Position numbers and translations under genes: made by a program. Of a stretch of DNA of 64,000 nt, positions 11,262 through 22,563 are shown one piece after another; within the stretch, counting starts at the first letter, position 1, and every line of letters starts with the position of its first letter. Source of the stretch: Octopus bimaculoides (lineage: Eukaryota). Where the stretch lies: positions 37,127,554 to 37,191,553 of the forward strand of contig NC_068988.1 in NCBI RefSeq assembly GCF_001194135.2, given 5' to 3'. The notes under the pieces are model-generated. The model searched no databases. It was not told where the DNA came from and saw nothing but the letters and a program-made list of their open reading frames with translations.

Positions 11262-12068
11262 CATTATTATTATTATTATTGTTATTATTATTGTCATTAT
11301 CATCATCATCATTATATTCATCTGCATCATCATTATACGCTATCATCATCAGGGTCATCGTTTTCATTATTATGCTGTTTAATTCCAGTTACTGTTTCTG
11401 CGCCCCCATCATCGCCACATATTTATGCATACACATTATTGCATTTTGTTTGTTTTTTTTCTTCTTGTCGTTCTTAACAGTCTCTTGTATTATTTATCTT
11501 TGTTCTTCTTGTTCAATTAATGTTATTCGTATGCATTTTACTATTGATGTGTTTTATTAGTTTATCAAAAATCTCATGTAACAAAAAATAAAGTATAAAT
11601 GTAAAACAAACCAAAAACGAAGAGCAACAACTGCAAAAGGAAAAAAAGAAACAGTATTCTTCTAATACCTGTATCAGAATGAAAACCTTATTCTCAGCAC
11701 ATGTCGAATAACACTAACGAAAACCAGCAGTATGAACATCATCATCATCGCCATCATAGCAGAAACTATAAATACTCCCATCGTTACCAGTACCAACTCC
11801 ATAATTACCATTGAATTTTTCATCGACTTTGCAACCATTTCCGAGAGGTAAAAATCTTCATCTGTACGCAATAAAACAGTGAGAAATTCCTCAATATTAA
11901 TGAAATAAAATAAAAATTCAAAATCTAATTGTTAATCAATTACTAACTCTCCTGTCTTCTACTCAGAAATTCAGCAAAATGGTAAATGGACCAGCCTTCT
12001 TTTGTATTGCATTTTATGTGTTCTTACAGTCTATTTTGTCTTTCTTTTGTCCTTGCTGTTTATAATAC

Positions 12069-12170
<102 letters not shown>

Positions 12171-12180
12171 TATTATTATT

Positions 12181-12212
<32 letters not shown>

Positions 12213-12240
12213 TATTATTATCATTATTATTATTATTATA

Positions 12241-12462
12241 AAGTCAGCAAACAGGCAGTATTGTTAACGCGTCGGACAAAATGCTTCGTAGCATTTCTTC
12301 TGATTCATTACGTCCTGTGTTCAAATTCGACCGAGGTCAGCGTCTGCCCTTCATCCTTTCGGAGTGGATAAAGTAAGGAAACAGTCAGGTACTGGGGTCG
12401 ATATAATCAAATAGCAAATTCCCACTATATTTCAGACTTTGTGCCGATAGCAGAAAGAAGTA
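12241..12462 (+). mobile_element. Family C SINE
   Basis: GTGTTCAAATTCGACCGAGG, CCTTCATCCTTTCGG, ACTGGGGTCGAT and a GTGCC..AGAAAGAAG(TAT)n tail. Confidence 0.75.
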
Positions 12463-13165
12463 TTATTACTATTATTATCATCATTATCATTATTTTCTTT
12501 CAATTTTGCTTCTATTTCTTGAGGAATGTCTCCCCAAAACCTAGAGCAAAGAAATTCGCTATATAAATTGGTAGACCATCAAAATAAGCACGCTAGATTT
12601 TTCATTTACAAAGTCATGTGATAGAAAAAAAGGAGAAAAAATAGAGGAAAGAAAGAAAAAAGAAAAAAATGAAAACGAAGAAAATAAAGAGGAAAGGAAA
12701 GAAAATTCAAAGCGACAATGCTCTTCTCAACACGTGTGACTTACAGTTGAGACAACATTTTTGCACTTCCTTTATGGGTAGTAACATCCTGAAATAATTT
12801 TCAGTTCCATTTTTAATCATTCCAAGAATTCATACAAGCGATGGTATTGTAGCCGTCTTCAAATGCCACGTTTTTTCGCTTTCAATCAGCAAATCTTTGT
12901 ATTTTCTAAGCTAATAAAATTCTTTTGCCGTGATATGATTAGAAGGTATGCTTACGTCAGTCAGATTTTATCCATTGGCCAGTCACAGCAATATCTGCTT
13001 ATTTGCTTTCATGGTCCAGTCTGGAAAGTCAAAAAAAATCGTTCCGTTTCCTCCCTCAGTTACAGCCTCAGGATGGTGCTGTACCATTTGTCAGCACTTT
13101 TGATTTTATAATGCCGACATATTATCCAGTGTAGGTATTGGCCAACTCTGTCATGTGTGGATTTA

Positions 13166-13600
13166 TTATTGAGTGAGAGAGCAGCAAAATGACACTGGGG
13201 TGTAATTATACGAAGCGCAATATACTCATCATGACTACTCGTCTGATAAGTTTACACCAGGCAGATGCATCACAACAACATGTGCGCAACATATTCTTAT
13301 TCCCTTTATCCCTCACAACAATACCTGGTCTCAGAACCAAGATTAGGAAGTCACATTGATTTTATATCAAGATAAATAGCACATGGCCTTGCCAGTGGGG
13401 CCCATTTAGAATTTTTTTTCAGGTCAAAAGGTCCCTGAATAAGGGCTGTTTAAAGATGATGAATGAAACACCGATGTTTCCAGAGGTGAATTATTCAAAC
13501 ACCCAAATAATTCTTCTGAACACACGGCTATGATGCTCCCCCACTACTTCTGCTCATGATCAGAGATGCACATATCGACAACAACTGCATCAGCGCATAG
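13166..13600 (-). mobile_element. Non-coding (AAT)-tailed retroposon 'Z', partial copy with an internal RLE-derived insert
   Basis: Colinear with 16385-16932; carries an extra ~68 nt at 13293-13360. Confidence 0.75.
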
Positions 13601-13623
13601 CACTTGTCATTATCATTTTTATT

Positions 13624-13840
13624 AAGGCGGTAAGCTGGCAGAATCGTTAGCGCTCTGGATGAAATGCATATAGGCATTTGGCCTGTGGCTACGTTCTGAA
13701 TTCAAATACCTCCGAGATCGAATTTGCCTTTCATCATTTCGGCGTAGATAAAACATATACCAGTTGAACACTGGAGTTGATGTAATCGACTCATGCCCTC
13801 CCTCAAAATGGTTGCACTTGTGACAAGATTTGAAATTGCC
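13624..13840 (+). mobile_element. Family C SINE
   Basis: AAGGCGGTAAGCTGGCAGAATCGTTAG head, GAATTCAAATACC, TTTGCCTTTCATC. Confidence 0.8.
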
Positions 13841-13849
13841 ATTATAATT

Positions 13850-15418
13850 ATCGTTTTACTTTCCAGAACGTTCAGTCTTGTTTGTTCTGGTGTATTTTGC
13901 GAGAGCAGACAGCAGCCTGCAGTCTCACAGGGTCTATTTCTGCACATTATAAGCTTTGATTATTGTTTGTTATCGTGGGAGACATTTAACATCCAAGTGT
14001 CAATCTCAAAATCCTACCTGTGCCCAAAAGTGTAAGCCCAAGGAATTGCTCAGATATATTTCTCGAATTTGGTAGTTAGTGCTCTGAGTGCCTCTACAAC
14101 TATTGGAATGACAGACACTCTCCTCATAGTCCACATTCTTGCAATTTCGTCCTTTAGTGGTCTGTACTTTTCAATCATTTCTAGTTCGTTGTCACTTCTG
14201 CGTGCATCTGCAGGTATTGCAATATCTATGAATTTGGCTCTTTTTCCCTTTATCTACCACGATACCTGGTCTCCGAACCACGATTACGGGGTCACATTAG
14301 ATTGTAAAATCCCTCGGGTATCTTATGTTCGCTTTTCTCGATAGCTCCTTCTGGTTCATGTTCGTAACATTTGCGTGCTCTCTTCAGGCCATACTTTTAA
14401 CATAACCTCCAGTGGACGAACTTAACAACGTTATCATGCCTTGTTTTGTAATGCTTTTGGGCCAGCTTGCTACACTTACTCATAATATGTGAGATTATTT
14501 TATTTCTGTTGCAACATAGCCTACAAAGGGAGGATTCGTTACTCTTATCTATTTGGAACTTTTCGAGTGTTTCCAAAATCCACGAATGCAGCAACATGTC
14601 GTACCCCTTTTTGAAGTCTATCCAGGCTATGCACAAGTTGTTGTTTTTTTTTTTGGGGGGGGGGGTACCGTATACAATTCTTCATTATAACATTGTCTAT
14701 TGGAAGATGATCCTTGGTGCTTTTGGATCCTTTTCGACAGCGTTTTTGTTCTCCTGAAAGTAGATTGTTTTCCGCAAGGAAAGTATATATTTTCCCTGCG
14801 AGGATGCTTGTTAGCACTTTCCATATGAGGTTACGACAAGCAATGGATCCACAATTACCAACCTCGTTGCTCTTTGACCCATCTTTCATCGACAATCCAC
14901 TGCATAACTGCACCACCCTGTAGGCAATTGTCTTATTGCAACGCAATTCACTTGCGTATTGACCTAAACCATTTGAGCCAATAGCCTTGCTAGAACTGCG
15001 ATATGCGATCTGTGTACCGTTGCACCTTTAATGTCTTTGCTCGTACACATTGTTTTAGGGTTTCGATAAAAGATGCTCTTGCATCTTTTTAGCATTTTTC
15101 TATTTCGCTTTGCACCATCCTTCTCTGCGACTCAGATCTTTGCGCAAAGTTTTAATATCGCCTTCAATTCTCCGCTTCCACCATGGCTCCTTTTGTCCGT
15201 CTGCTTTCCTCACTATCTTTCCAACCAATTCACCAACTCAAATTGAATCAGATCTGATAAAGTCCCTTGTTTCCGTTAGATCTTTTGTCAGAATATGTTT
15301 TAGAATCTCTGCAAGCGTTCGGGTCACTTGTTTCATATTGTTACGGTCGAAACTTCTCAAATTCATCGGCTTGGTCTCTCTTCCTCACACCAGTCCTCTC
15401 ATAATACAGGGTTTTCTA
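13850..15418 (-). pseudogene. R4/Dong-like LINE with several internal deletions
   Basis: Minus frames: QKEPWWKRRIEGDIK; NLIWKVLTSILAGKIY..EQKRCRKGSKSTKDHL; WIDFKKGYDML..SWI; CRLC..ISHIMSKCSKLAQKHYKTRHDNV (CCHC knuckle); FIDIAIPADAR..EMIEKYRPLKDEIARMW..VIPIVV (RLE). Confidence 0.88.
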
Positions 15419-15419
15419 T

Positions 15420-15428
15420 GTTATATTA

Positions 15429-15460
<32 letters not shown>

Positions 15461-15552
15461 GTTATTATTATTATTAATATTGTTGTTGTTGTTGTTCTTC
15501 TTCTTCTTCTTCTTCTTTTTCTTCTTCTTCTTCTTGTTTTTGTTGTTGTTGC

Positions 15553-15635
<83 letters not shown>
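15420..15635. repeat. Compound trinucleotide microsatellite ATT-GTT-CTT-GTT-ATT-ACT
   Basis: Read directly from the sequence. Confidence 0.95.
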
Positions 15636-16312
15636 TTATCACACGTTTTGTTTGAGTCTTACATGCTTATCTGTTTTGCTATCTGCAGCCTACATTACCA
15701 TGCTATCCATTCTTTTCCGCTATCTAATACTTTTCTGATTATTCTGGCCGTGCCAAGGAAGCAAGACTCGTGTAACAGTTCTACTAGGCATTCTATTCTA
15801 ATTTCCTTTATATTCCTCTTGATGTCTTCTGATACTTTTCCCAAGGACCCAACAAAATATCTTCACCTTCTTCATTTTCTATAGCCGGGTTATTTCGTAC
15901 TTAAGAGGATTGTATTTATCTATCTTTCCGCCTTCTTTCTTGACTATTCGTGGGTCAAAGGAGCATGCAACACCAGCAATATAGTACATGTGGTGCATTC
16001 TGTTCACCACCATTAGGTCTGGTCTGTTATGTTCTAGCACCTGACCTGTTTGGATTGGGGAATCCCAGAAGATTTTGCTAGTCTGCGACTCCGCCACTCT
16101 CTGCGGTTTGATTCTCTCCAGACCCCACTTTTCCTGCAGTTTCCAGTGCAGCACTTTCGTTACCTGATAGTGTCGCCACAACGTGTAGTGATTTTGGACA
16201 AGTCTAGGGCATACGTTCCTGATATGGGCAATGGTTTCATCCGCTCTATTGCAGATGCGGCACAGCATTGCTCATCCCTAAGTCGTGGCCAAAGTTTGGC
16301 CTTGCGCCATCA
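15635..16312 (-). pseudogene. 5'-truncated R4/Dong-like LINE (CCHC knuckle, RLE, 3' UTR)
   Basis: ORF 15879-16268: CRICNRADETIAHIRNVC..RH..WD..HNRPDLMVV..YIAGVACSFD..KIDKYNPLKYEITRL; a downstream frame reads SCFLGTARIIRKVLD. Microsatellites on both sides. Confidence 0.88.
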
Positions 16313-16318
16313 TTTTTA

Positions 16319-16383
<65 letters not shown>

Positions 16384-16384
16384 G

Positions 16385-16932
16385 AGTGAGAGAGCAGTGC
16401 ATGCCATCAAAGTGACACTGGGGTAAAATATACGTAGCCCAGTATACCCATCATGACTACCCGTCTGATAAGGGCACACCAAGCACATGCATCACAACCA
16501 TATGTGCGCGACATGGTGTCTTCATATCAAGATAAACAGCGCATGACCTCGCAGGTGGGACCCAGTTAGAATTTTCTTCAGGTCGAGTAGCCCGTCCCGC
16601 TCAAAAGGTCCCTGAATAAGGTTTGTTTAAGGATGTTGAGCAAAACACAAATGTTTCCAAAGGTGAATTATTCAAACCCCAACGAATTCCTTTCAACACA
16701 TGGCTATGATGCTCCCCCACTACTTCTGCACATGATCAGTGATGTACATATCGTCAGCCACCAAGGTACATGCTCAACTGGTTAAGGTCAAACAACTGAC
16801 AAGCAAATCTGTGGTATTAAGCAGAATATTTGCTGTAGCCCATCTTTTATACAAAGACAAAACAATGTACATGATAACACTTTCAATCAAGTAAGATCAG
16901 AAGCCATGAGAGCCACTGCCTGGTACTGCAAC
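16385..16932 (-). mobile_element. Non-coding (AAT)-tailed retroposon 'Z' (~550 bp)
   Basis: Three copies in the window (13166-13600, here, 46506-46680). On the minus strand it ends CACTGCTCTCTCACTC(AAT)n; (AAT)n on both sides. No ORF similarity or Pol III boxes seen. Confidence 0.75.
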
Positions 16933-16937
16933 CGGGC

Positions 16938-16992
<55 letters not shown>

Positions 16993-16995
<3 letters not shown>

Positions 16996-17085
16996 GTTCA
17001 GTAGTTTTATTTTTATAACGTGCTTTCACTTCACTACCGAGCGCAGCTCTGTGTGCCTTGGGTATGTACTGTGTATTATTATTTA
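16993..17085 (-). mobile_element. ~90-nt 3' tip of an RLE LINE
   Basis: 16993-17040 is the exact reverse complement of 1-48; the extension CCCAAGGCACACAGAGCTGCGC matches 42060-42090. Confidence 0.8.
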
Positions 17086-17089
17086 AGAC

Positions 17090-17460
17090 GTCGCAGAGTA
17101 TCCAATATCGTGATGTTGTTGATTGAAGATATTGTGTCTTCCGGAGGTTTGTATTGCCTGTCAAGTCACAACAATGACCTCCGATTGAGAGTACTTTACG
17201 CAATATGCATGCAGTTCTATGTAATGCCGATTTTTGCAATACACCTAGATCCTTGAGTGTTTCTAAAGTTTCCAGATGTTTCTTCCGGTATTGAACCCAA
17301 TGTTCCGAGTACAACAGAGACAACTTTTATGTTTGACTCTCATACCTGCCACATCTTGACGATCTCAAATCTCAGGTCTCCTTATTTATCAATCTTTTCT
17401 CTTTTTTTCATGATATGTTGATCACCTGGTACTGCCACGTTGATTCTTAAGCACTCTTGT
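17090..17460 (-). pseudogene. RLE-domain 3' fragment of an R4/Dong-like LINE
   Basis: Minus frames: INVAVPGDQHIMKK..IDK*GDLRFEIVKMWQV..VVSVVLGTLGSIP and LQKSALHRTACILRKVLSI. Confidence 0.8.
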
Positions 17461-17490
17461 TATGATGATGATTATTATTATTATTATTAA

Positions 17491-17533
<43 letters not shown>

Positions 17534-17585
17534 TTTCTTCTTCTTCTTCATATTATCATTATTATTATTATTATTATTACTATTA

Positions 17586-17631
<46 letters not shown>

Positions 17632-17665
17632 CATCATCATCATCATTATTATTATTACTATTAAT
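17460..17665. repeat. (ATT)n/(CTT)n/(ATC)n microsatellite
   Basis: Read directly from the sequence. Confidence 0.95.
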
Positions 17666-17669
17666 GTTT

Positions 17670-17885
17670 AGGTGGCGATCTGGCAGAATCTTTCTCACGC
17701 CTGGCAAAACGCTTAGCAGCATTTCGTCCCTCCTTATTCGTGTTCAAATTCCGCCGAGATCGACTTTGTCTTCCATCTTATCGGAATCCATCAATTAAGT
17801 ACCACTGAAACACTAGGGTCGATGTAATTGATTAAGATTCCTCTCCAAAATTTCAGGCCTTGTGCCTTTGGTAGAAAGGAATATT
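17670..17885 (+). mobile_element. Family C SINE
   Basis: GGTGGCGATCTGGCAGAATC head, GTGTTCAAATTCCGCCGAG, AATTTCAGGCCTTGTGCC..GTAGAAAGGAATATT tail. Confidence 0.8.
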
Positions 17886-17899
17886 ATCATTTTGTTGTT

Positions 17900-18310
17900 G
17901 TTGTTATGAAGGTAGTACATGCTAATTTAAATAGCAGATATGTTAACCTGAGATTTGGTGGCAACAAATGTGTTCAAATCTCAAAAATCTTTGTTGGAAT
18001 TCTTGCAGAATTTCGGATGGTATTTTTCTGCAATTCGGCAAATGCAAGTTTCCATTTCAACATCTTTCAGTCTTTTCTATAGATGTTTAGGTGTTGTGCC
18101 GATTATCACACAGATAATTGTCTTTCTCCTCCACAATCTCTTGAACACTCTTACTAGCTCTTAATATTTCACTTTATTTTTCATTCTTTTGATATCGACT
18201 TAGTTATCACGTGGATTTGTGAAGTCTATGATCTCAGACTGTTTCTTTATTTGTTTGTGTCCTCTATAATCATATCTGGTCTACTTGCTTCAATTGTATG
18301 TCTCAGTAGT
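17900..18310 (-). pseudogene. Degraded RLE-domain 3' fragment
   Basis: Minus frames: TIEASRPDMIIED, IIDFTNPRDN, and ELQKNTILNSARIPTKIFEI*; (AAC)n/(AAT) tail. Confidence 0.65.
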
Positions 18311-18529
18311 ATGGCGTGGGTGGAGTAGTGGTTATGTTAATAGCAGTGGTTTTCGACACGGTGGTTTTGGTGTGATTAGTTTCAGAATTTTGGTAACTGC
18401 AATGTAGCGTATTAACGATAGTCATGAATGTGATACTGGTTTTAAAATTCTGTTTTTAATGTTGTAGTGCTATGGAGGTGGTATAGGTAATGATGCTTGA
18501 TATAAAGTGCGTCTGCCCCTTATAATTTT

Positions 18530-18930
18530 AGGTTGCTCTTCATTCCACTCCCATTCCTCCTCATTATCATAATCATCACCCTCATAATTAATGTCACCCT
18601 CGGCATCATTTTCATCATTATCATCATCACAATCTTCCACCTCCAACACTGTATTCTCCAATCATTTTCGTCATCACCATCGGCAACGTCTTTAGAATTG
18701 TCAGCATTGTCATCAATATCATAATCCCCATCATCATCCTCTTCCACTTCTTCCTCTTTCCCTTCTACCTCTTCCTCCATTTCCCCTTCCTCTTCTTCCA
18801 TTTCCTCTTCCTTCTCTTCCTCCGTTTCCCCTTCCTACGCTTCCGTTTCCTCTACCTCCTCTTCCTTTTTTCTCCTTCCTCCGATTCCCCTTCCCTCTTC
18901 GTCCGTTTCCACCTCCTCTTCCTCTTCCAC
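18530..18930. repeat. Pyrimidine-rich low-complexity (TCA/TCC/TTC)n region
   Basis: Read directly from the sequence. Confidence 0.85.
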
Positions 18931-19214
18931 ACACATTCCGGACCTTCTGGTTCTTAAACCTATTTAACTGGTTGTACCTTTAGTGGTTTTATGCTAACTA
19001 TCCTTGGCAGTACATGTGTTTCATCTTTCAGCATTCAGAAGCAGCGAACAGGATAGTTAAAATCACTCTCTGCATGTCTTCCATATCCTACACGCAACTG
19101 AAATTCTCATCTTCATTAAGCCATTCACTGATAGTTGAATCTGACTTAACGCAACGTACATGTCCAATAGGACGTCAAAAAATCATCCACTGTACGATCT
19201 TTTAACCTGCACGC

Positions 19215-19437
19215 CAGGTGATAAGCTGGCAAAATCGTTTGTACACTACACAGAATACTTAGCATCATTTCATCTATCTTTACGTTCTGAGTTCAAATAC
19301 CGCTGAAATCGACGTTGCCTTTTATCCTTTAGGGGCAAGAAAATAAGAACCTATTAAGTAATGGGGCCGACTTAATCAATTACCGCGCCTCTCTCTAAAA
19401 GCTCTGACAGTCCTTGTGCCTGAAGTAGAACGTATTA
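19215..19437 (+). mobile_element. Degraded family C SINE
   Basis: TAAGCTGGCAAAATCGTT head, TACGTTCTGAGTTCAAATACCGC, CCTTGTGCCTGAAGTAGAA tail. Confidence 0.7.
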
Positions 19438-19559
19438 TTGTTATTGTTGTTATTGTTTTCTAACTTGTTTTTTTTTTTTGTATTACGCATGAAATCAATT
19501 TTTGTAGTAATATTTAATAAAAAAAATTATTATCATTATTACCGGTGTTAAAATACATT

Positions 19560-19686
19560 TTAATAGTAATTAACACCGAGCATCAGCATCAGTGGCGGTG
19601 GAGGCAGCAGCAGTAATAGTAGTAGCAGAAGTGGCAGCAGCAGCAGCAGTAGTNNNNNNNNNNGTGGTGGTGGTAGTAGTAGTAGC

Positions 19687-19727
<41 letters not shown>

Positions 19728-19900
19728 CAGCAGCAGCAGCAACAATATCATCATCAGCAGCAGTAATTATAGCGGCAACAGCATCATCATCATCATCATC
19801 ATCATCAACACCACTAGCAGCAGTAGCAGCAGCAGCTGCAGCAGCAACAGCATCAGTAGCAGTGGCAGCAGCAGCAATAGTAGTAGTAGTAGTAGTAAAA
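19560..19900. repeat. (AGT/AGC/ATC)n compound microsatellite with a 10-N gap
   Basis: Read directly from the sequence. Confidence 0.9.
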
Positions 19901-20866
19901 TGATCAAAAATACGATGATCAAATTATGCGACTTATGGAAATTGTTTTATCTTCTCGGTTCGTTTTCTTCAGTTCTTTTTTCTCTTTTTTTCTTTTTTCT
20001 TTTTTGCTTCCAGTTTTTAATGTCAGTGTAATTTGCAGATTGCCGAGAAAGTCTTCGATGAAACTTTTGGATCAATAAAATTAGAAATTTAAATTAAATA
20101 TTACGTTCCGACTTTTTAACACCTCTTTTATTCTCTGCGTGTTTTTGCTTTTTTTTTCCTACTTATTTTTTCCTTTCCTGTATTTTCTTTTATTTTTCCC
20201 TTTTTACATTTCTTTTTGCAGCTTCGCAACTCTCACGGTGAGAATGGTTCTTGTTTTAGTTTCACCAGGAGCTGTATATCTGGAGCAGTTATTGGATTAT
20301 ATGATTACTTCGAACACCATTGGTTGTTTATGGAGAAAATTTTTCCAAGAAATATTTCAAAATAAAATTGAAATGAACGCATAAGAAAAATAAAATTAAC
20401 TCTTTCCTCATAGTTCTAAATATGACTACTGTCGAAGTTTCTTGTTGTGTAGGTGTATATATAATGTATATATGTGTGTGTGCATACATGTATGCCTCTA
20501 AATATATATATGTCTAATATATAGTCAGAGCTTCTTAACGGATTCAGAACGTTGTTCGTTACATACATTTGCGTAATCACGTGTATCTATGTATCTAAAT
20601 ACTCGGGTATATAAATCTCTGCGTATATGCTTGTACACGTGTGTGCGTCTGTTTGGATGCATTATATATGTGCATAAGTTTGAATGTATGTATGCAACTT
20701 TTATGTGTATGGGTATTCACCTAAACAAATCCAATAGCATCAACGATTTTTGTTTCGTTTCTCCAGGAACTGTATATCTGGAACATTTATTGAGTTATAT
20801 GATTCTTTCGAATACGAACGATTGGTTGTTGGAGGAGAAAATTGTCGATTTCTATATATATATACA

Positions 20867-20902
<36 letters not shown>

Positions 20903-22455
20903 TGTATGTATGTATAATAGTGCTCTACACAGCATTGCTTTAAATATTTTGAAATTACAAATATACTTTATAATATATGATACACTTAAGCCATTGCTTA
21001 CTTTTGACAAAGAGTTTAGAATTTTATCTTTATCAAGACAGTATATCTTATGTTTCAAATTATCCAACCAAGTATTATCTCGCATAGTATTAATTAATTA
21101 CTTCACATAGTTAGTGCTTGCAAACTCATGTAAATCACTAAACCAGTTTATCAATTCAATCTCATCGGGTAACTTCACCGGTCCAACACACCTTTTTACG
21201 CTCGATATCGTGATCGCGCGATGAGGCATGATTGTCTGTCCTGCGTTTTAGTCGCATTAATCTTTTGCCAAATGAAATGTTTCGTCTACGCACGCCACGA
21301 CAACAGATGATAGCAGTAACTCGCTAACTGTAATGTTTGGAACTAGCCGTTGACACTTTGTTGCATATTCAGCCGTTCAGCGTCTAGAGATTCGATCAGT
21401 TCATCTGCCGAAACAGTTCCACATCCACCATGCTGCATCCTATGATTTGTACGTAAGCTGGCTCCAGTGGGTTCGTGCTGTTTAACCTACAGTTAGAATT
21501 ATAACATGTGCTACTAACCTGGGACTGGATAGATCTAGAAACAATAGTTGCTTACAGACTATTCCATGCTCCACACAAACCTAGAACACCCGAACAAGCG
21601 CCTCACTACCGGATGCAGTTTAAAGTCATATCCAGGTGATTTATATCTGCCCGAATTCTTACCTAAATACATTGAATTCTCTGCTAACAAAGTTAGACAT
21701 TCATTCTGTGAGGAAAACTTAAGTTAGTCCCAAATTGTCTACTTAAGTGAGATTAGAACTTTTGTTGTTTAATTTCACAGCAAGGCAACAATGTATATTT
21801 ATTATTATATAGTTTGTGCAATGACTATCAGCTGCAAATCTTTATTTCTCTTAATGATTTGTAGGGACGCGCTATTTCGTTGTTTTACATCTGACCTCTC
21901 GAATACGAAACCGCGTAACAATGATCATTGCTCGCAATAATTTCTATAGAATATCCCTAGAGATAACTTTTACAAGTCTAGTTCTTTTGTCACATTGTCA
22001 GGCGGGCAAGCTGCTTCCGTGTGCTGTTACATGATCTCCGATACAAGGGAGGGGAAGAGTTAGATATCCTGAAACCAGAACTCTATCCCGATTTCTTGCA
22101 GCAGAGTGGTACCTGTGAAACCAGCTGATTTTGTTAAAATGGGCAACCTGTTAAGTCTGCCATCTAAGTAGACAATGGTGTGACTTGAACTCAGGATGCA
22201 AAACGCCGGAACAAATATCGCAAGACATCCGACTCGACATACTTATAGTAGTGTACTACAAATCTCACTGCGTTGAATAGCTACTTATTTATAACCCACG
22301 AAACAATTAAAGGTGAAGTTTATTAAAAAGATAAGTTTTGCCAATATTATGAACAATTTAAACCAAACATTAATGTGTCATTAATATCTTACAAGAGTTT
22401 ACCCCCGTTGTGTGTGTGCGCGCGCGCGTGTGTGTGTGTTTGTGTGTGTGTGTGT

Positions 22456-22563
22456 GGAGGCGCAATGGCCCAGTGGTTAGGGCAGCGGACTCGCGGTCGG
22501 AGGATCGCGATTTCGATTCCCAGACCGGGCGTTGTGAGTGTTTATTGAGCGAAAACACCTAAG
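22456..22563 (+). mobile_element. Well-preserved tRNA-derived SINE head, family B, cut by N-gap
   Basis: A-box TGGCCCAGTGG (22465-22475), B-box-like TTCGATTCC, then CAGACCGGGCGTTGTGAGTG, which cannot form a tRNA acceptor stem; preceded by (TG)n. Confidence 0.8.

Noticed and set aside
16915-16936. GGTTGCAGTACC on the minus strand, resembling the U2 snRNA stem-loop IV loop
   Set aside because: A match of about 12 nt with no flanking U2 similarity; expected by chance.
22456-22563. Possible tRNA gene
   Set aside because: Has A/B boxes but no complementary acceptor stem, and continues into SINE body sequence.
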